The translations under genes were made by a program, and so were the position numbers. A stretch of DNA of 64,000 nucleotides, from contig CALUZP010000065.1 in NCBI GenBank assembly GCA_944325325.1, positions 355 through 64,354 on the forward strand, written 5' to 3'. This stretch comes from an uncultured Desulfovibrionaceae bacterium (GTDB lineage: Bacteria; Desulfobacterota; Desulfovibrionia; Desulfovibrionales; Desulfovibrionaceae). How positions within the stretch are numbered: the first letter of the stretch is position 1; each line of letters starts with the position of its first letter. This document shows positions 60,159 through 64,000 of this stretch, piece by piece. Under the pieces are notes generated by a model, which saw only the letters and a program-made list of their open reading frames with translations, did no database searches and was not told the DNA's origin.

Positions 60159-61162
60159 CGGCCGCTCCGGAAGGGGCCAGGGAGCCGCTGCTTGAAGTCA
60201 GGCATCTGTCCCGGGGGTTTGATGTCCGCCGGGGGCTGTTCCAGACGCCTGCCGGGCGTGTGCTGGCTGTGGATGACGTGTCGCTGTCTGTAATGCGGGG
60301 CGAGACGCTGGGCCTGGTTGGCGAGTCCGGCTGCGGCAAGTCCACCCTGGCACGGCTGATTCTGCGGCTTGTGCCGCCGGACAGCGGGGACATCCTGTTT
60401 GAGGGGCGTTCCCTGCTTGACGGCAACGTGCCTCCCGAGGTGGCGCGGCGGCTGCAGATGGTCTTTCAGGATCCCTTTTCCTCGCTCAACCCGCGCCTGC
60501 AGGTCGGGACTTCCATCGGCGAACCGTTGCGTGCGGCGGGCGTCCCGCCTGAGGAAACGCGCCGGCGCGTGGCGGCCATGCTGGAGCAGGTAGGCCTCCT
60601 GCCGGAACATGCCACGCGCTATCCTCATGAGTTCTCCGGCGGGCAGCGGCAGCGTATCGCCATTGCCAGGGCCGTGATCCTCCATCCCGAATTCATCGTC
60701 TGTGACGAGGCTGTTTCAGCGCTGGACGCCTCGGTGCAGGCCCAGGTCCTCAACCTGCTCAAAGACATGCAGCAGCGCTACGGGTTCGCCTATCTGTTTA
60801 TTTCCCACGATCTGGCGGTGGTCGGGCACATGAGCGACCGGGTTGCCGTCATGTACCTGGGCCGGATTGTCGAAATCGCCCCGCGCGACCGGCTGTTCGG
60901 TTCGCCGGCGCACCCGTATACGCGGGCGCTGCTTGACGCTTCCCCGCGGCGCGAGCCGGGGCGGCGTCCGCATGTTTCGCTGGGCGGAGATCTTCCAAGT
61001 CCGCTGGATCCGCCTTCAGGATGCGCGTTTCATCCCCGCTGCCCGCTGGCGTTTGAGCGCTGCCGGCGGATGAGACCCGTGTTGCAAACCTTTTTCCCGG
61101 GGCATCTGGCCGCCTGTCATCTGCTGGCGGCGGCCGGTCAACCGGCTGACTTTCAAAGGTAG
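60155..61162 (+). CDS. oligopeptide/dipeptide-type ABC transporter ATP-binding protein (OppF/DppF-like), no cognate permease or binding protein nearby
   Basis: Walker [14 protein letters not shown], signature [13 protein letters not shown] and a C-terminal oligopeptide-type extension HPYTRALL ... GCAFHPRCP. Its ATG overlaps the cobT TGA (ATGA). Confidence 0.85.
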   Translation: MTAAPEGAREPLLEVRHLSRGFDVRRGLFQTPAGRVLAVDDVSLSVMRGETLGLVGESGCGKSTLARLILRLVPPDSGDILFEGRSLLDGNVPPEVARRLQMVFQDPFSSLNPRLQVGTSIGEPLRAAGVPPEETRRRVAAMLEQVGLLPEHATRYPHEFSGGQRQRIAIARAVILHPEFIVCDEAVSALDASVQAQVLNLLKDMQQRYGFAYLFISHDLAVVGHMSDRVAVMYLGRIVEIAPRDRLFGSPAHPYTRALLDASPRREPGRRPHVSLGGDLPSPLDPPSGCAFHPRCPLAFERCRRMRPVLQTFFPGHLAACHLLAAAGQPADFQR

Positions 61163-61166
61163 CGCC

Positions 61167-63161
61167 ATGCCTATGCCGATCAAACCGTCGTCGTTCGCAC
61201 ACGTTCTCATGCTCGTTGTGGCACTTGCCCTGACGGGCTGCGCGCAGAAAATCATCGATCTGTCCGACGTCTCGTCCATCTTCTCCCCTGCACCGCCGAG
61301 CAGCAGCGCGCTGGGTCAGGCCGATGCGGCCTGGAACGCGGCCAACATGCGCGAGGCAGAGCGGCTCTACAAGAACGCCCTGCAAAGTCCCACGCTCAGC
61401 GATCGCGAACGGGAGATGGCGCTGTCGCGGCTGGCTGAGGCAGCTATGGCCAACAAGCATGCCGGCGTGGCCCTGGAGGCCCTTGACGCCTGGAAGCGCC
61501 TTGACGGCAGTGTGGCCGCCTCCGAAAGCTGGCTCAGGCTCTGGTGCAGGGCGGTCATGGCGCTTCCTCCGGCGCAGGCTGTCAGCCGGGCGCAGGCAGT
61601 GGTCAACGCGGCCCAGGAGGCCGTGCCCTTCAGGGCAGCCGCAGCGGACGTGCTGATGGCCCGCGGCCAGTCCGGCGACGGGCTGATGTGGGCGCAGCGG
61701 CTGACCTCCCTCTATCAGCAGGCCGGCCGGAAGGATCGCATCGTCATGGAACGCTGTCTGGTGCAGATTGGCGGCGACATGCCGGCAAACACGCTGGTGA
61801 GCCTGCTGCAGTACACGCTGCCTGACACGGACGGCGTCTTCCCCTGGTCTGTGCTGCTGCTTGAAAAGGCGCGCCGGGAAGGCGCGGCCGTACCCTACGA
61901 CACAGCGGATCCGGCCCTGGAAGGCACGACCCTGAGCCGGATCCTCGGCAGTGGCGTGTTTGCCGACACAGGGCTCATTGCGTCCACATTGCAGGGCGGC
62001 CAGACGCCAGGCCGGACGCCTGCCGTCCAGGTCTCAAGCGTGCCGATGTATGCCGGCTCCTACGCGCTGGCGTTGCCGCTGAGCGGCTCCTACTCGGCGC
62101 TGGGCAACAAAATCGCGCTGGGCGCCAAGGCCGCGCAGACCGAACTGAACAGCCGCGGCATCCGGACAGAACTGTATATCCTCGACACGGATCGTGCCGA
62201 CTGGATAAGCCGTCTGAACAGTCTGCCCCCGCAGTGTGTGACGGTGGGCGGCCCCATGCTGCCTGCCGCCTTCGATCAGGCCCGGGCCGCACAGGCTGTC
62301 CGCCAGCGGGCGTTTTTCACGTTTTTGAGCTCGCTGGGCGAAGGCGAGGAAGGCAGCATGGCGTGGCGCTTTTTTACAAGCCCGTCCGACCAGATCCGTA
62401 CGATGCTCGATTTCGCCGGGCGTGCGGGCGTGCGGCGCTATGCCGCCCTGTATCCCGAAGACGCCTTCGGACGCCGCATGTCTACGCTGTTTTTGCAGAC
62501 AGCGTCTGCAGGCAGCGTCGTCACGAGCCGGTCGTACCCGAAGGGCAGCGTTTCGGAATGGAACGCCGTGACGGCCAAGCTCGTCGGCAGCTATATGGTG
62601 GGCAAGGTGCCCGCATCCTCGGCAAACTTTGAAGGCGTGTTCCTGCCCGACTCGTGGAACAACGCGGCATTGCTCATTCCCTGTCTGTTTTTCAACGGGG
62701 AGGATCGCCTGCTTATCATGGGTACATCGCTTTGGGAACAGGGACTCCCCGGCGGCGCGCGGCTTGACGCAAGCAACCTGTCGCTGGTGGTCTTCCCCGG
62801 AGCCTGGAACGCCACCAACCCGACGCCCGCGGCACGCAGCCTGAGCACGCTGCTTGGCGGCGAGGACGAGGCAGACATCTGGACGGGTCTCGGGTATGAC
62901 TTTGTCCGCTTTGCCGCAGCGCTCCATCTGCAGCCCGGCTGGACGCCCGGCAGGGTCAACAGCCTTCTGCGCGGGGCCCAGCAGATCAGCTGGAGCATGG
63001 CTCCCATGACCTGGAATGCCAGCGGCAAGGCCAGCCGGCAGCTGTATGTGTTCAACCCCACCCGGGACGGCGCGCAGCTGGTGACGCCGCAGGAAATGCG
63101 CCGGCGCATCGATCAGGCCCGGGCCCGTTATGATCGCCGCATCAAGGCAGGACGGAAATGA
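61167..63161 (+). CDS. LpoA/LppC-like lipoprotein (TPR-like N-terminal domain plus type-1 periplasmic-binding-fold C-terminal domain)
   Basis: Lipobox LALTGC. Helical repeat N-terminal half. C-terminal half YALALPLSGSYSALGNKIALGAKAA resembles the LpoA/Leu-binding fold. Starts 4 nt after the ATPase stop. Confidence 0.65.
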   Translation: MPMPIKPSSFAHVLMLVVALALTGCAQKIIDLSDVSSIFSPAPPSSSALGQADAAWNAANMREAERLYKNALQSPTLSDREREMALSRLAEAAMANKHAGVALEALDAWKRLDGSVAASESWLRLWCRAVMALPPAQAVSRAQAVVNAAQEAVPFRAAAADVLMARGQSGDGLMWAQRLTSLYQQAGRKDRIVMERCLVQIGGDMPANTLVSLLQYTLPDTDGVFPWSVLLLEKARREGAAVPYDTADPALEGTTLSRILGSGVFADTGLIASTLQGGQTPGRTPAVQVSSVPMYAGSYALALPLSGSYSALGNKIALGAKAAQTELNSRGIRTELYILDTDRADWISRLNSLPPQCVTVGGPMLPAAFDQARAAQAVRQRAFFTFLSSLGEGEEGSMAWRFFTSPSDQIRTMLDFAGRAGVRRYAALYPEDAFGRRMSTLFLQTASAGSVVTSRSYPKGSVSEWNAVTAKLVGSYMVGKVPASSANFEGVFLPDSWNNAALLIPCLFFNGEDRLLIMGTSLWEQGLPGGARLDASNLSLVVFPGAWNATNPTPAARSLSTLLGGEDEADIWTGLGYDFVRFAAALHLQPGWTPGRVNSLLRGAQQISWSMAPMTWNASGKASRQLYVFNPTRDGAQLVTPQEMRRRIDQARARYDRRIKAGRK

Positions 63162-63491
63162 AACAGCCGGGCCGGGCGGCTCCTGGAGAAGGGGTTGCCT
63201 CCCCTGGCAAAAGGGTTTTGTTCCCGGGATATTCTTGACCTGAAAGTTGTCTTCCGGGCAAAAAGGACGTAAGGGAACGTGCCCCTGCCCGCAGCCTGGC
63301 GGTGCAGGGGCGTGCCTTGTCCCGCGCTGTGCCTTGCCCCCCGGAAGGATGGCAGGCTGTCCTTCTTCTGGCCGGGGTACGCTTTTGTCAGCGCCGGTCA
63401 GCGCGCAGCTGCGTTTCACAGCGGTCCGGGCGGCTTTCCGGTAACGCTGCCTGCATGGCTGCATAACCTACATTGGAATAATAGAGCTGTT

Positions 63492-64000
63492 ATGGAACCT
63501 TCCTTCATAAGCCAGGCCCTTTCGCTGCTCCTGCATGTGGATCAGCATCTTTTTGATCTGGTGCAGGCCTACGGGGCGTGGCTGTATCTTATCTTGTTTG
63601 TGGTGGTGTTTTGTGAAACGGGGCTGGTTGTCACTCCGTTTCTGCCTGGGGATTCGCTTCTTTTTGCCGCGGGGACCCTGGCCGGAGCGGGCTACATGAG
63701 TTATCCCGGCGTGATGGGTACGCTCCTTGCCGCCGCTGTGCTGGGTGACGCCGTCAATTTCGAAATCGGCCGAAAGACAGGACCATCCATTTTCAACCGT
63801 GACACTCGCTGGCTCAACAAGCAGCATCTGCTCAAGGCCCATGCCTTTTATGAGCGGCACGGAGGCAAGGCCATCATCCTGGCCAGGTTTATCCCCATCG
63901 TGCGCACGTTCGCACCGTTTGTGGCCGGTATCGCCCTCATGCATCCGGTGCGTTTCCTGAATTTCAATATCATCGGTGCAGTCTGCTGGGTGCTCGGTCT
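63492..64000 (+). CDS. DedA-family membrane protein (partial, runs off window end)
   Basis: Not in the ORF track because there is no stop in the window. My own translation from ATG 63492 is MEPSFISQALSLLLHVDQHLFDLVQAYGAWLYLILFVVVFCETGLVVTPFLPGDSLLFAAG...RFIPIVRTFAPFVAG, a classic DedA/SNARE-associated motif set. Confidence 0.85.
   Translation, partial: MEPSFISQALSLLLHVDQHLFDLVQAYGAWLYLILFVVVFCETGLVVTPFLPGDSLLFAAGTLAGAGYMSYPGVMGTLLAAAVLGDAVNFEIGRKTGPSIFNRDTRWLNKQHLLKAHAFYERHGGKAIILARFIPIVRTFAPFVAGIALMHPVRFLNFNIIGAVCWVLG

Noticed and set aside
63468-63944. 158-aa minus-strand ORF at the window end
   Set aside because: It is antisense to a clear DedA-family reading frame on the plus strand (63492 onward) that is missing from the ORF track only because it has no stop within the window.

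Overview
This is a visibly GC-rich bacterial chromosomal window made up almost entirely of housekeeping and energy-metabolism genes, most on the minus strand. In order it contains: alaS, recA, ruvB, ruvA; a translationally coupled modF-like ATPase and mntP; a PHP histidinol phosphatase; a 1190-aa FAD/Fe-S (YdiJ/GlcD-GlcF-like) oxidoreductase; an EamA transporter; a TRAP transporter (dctPQM) with an agmatinase-family ureohydrolase and a GntR regulator; a YbhGFSR-like HlyD/ABC-2 efflux operon ending in a TetR regulator; rluA-family, thiD, an EPSP-synthase-fold protein, a Tim44-like protein and yifB/comM; a six-gene Ech-type energy-converting [NiFe] hydrogenase operon (echABCDEF); pth, rplY, prs, tRNA-Gln(UUG), ispE, corC, rho, gap; a GAF protein, queH, an RNase E/G with a long N-terminal disordered region and a metallophosphoesterase; then a plus-strand block of 5-FCL, pgeF, cobT, an orphan OppF-like ATPase, an LpoA-like lipoprotein and dedA. 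Gene content (Ech hydrogenase, TRAP) and composition suggest a Desulfovibrionaceae-like organism, by inference only. I saw no CRISPR array, prophage, transposase or recognisable defence system. The most interesting signal is non-coding: a 141-142 bp structured, MITE-like element in four full copies. Each is flanked by 4-bp direct repeats (CTAG/CATG type). In three copies the terminus coincides exactly with the TAG stop codon of an unrelated gene. Secondary observations:
- a diverged ~300-bp segmental duplication carrying a TetR 3' fragment;
- an EPSP-synthase-fold paralog whose catalytic motifs appear replaced;
- a perfect 24-bp palindrome in the efflux-operon promoter;
- an unusual 374-bp non-coding gap inside the ech operon;
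- several long GC-rich intergenic regions with no credible ORF.
All identifications come from reading the supplied translations and sequence by eye. No database search or alignment statistic was computed.
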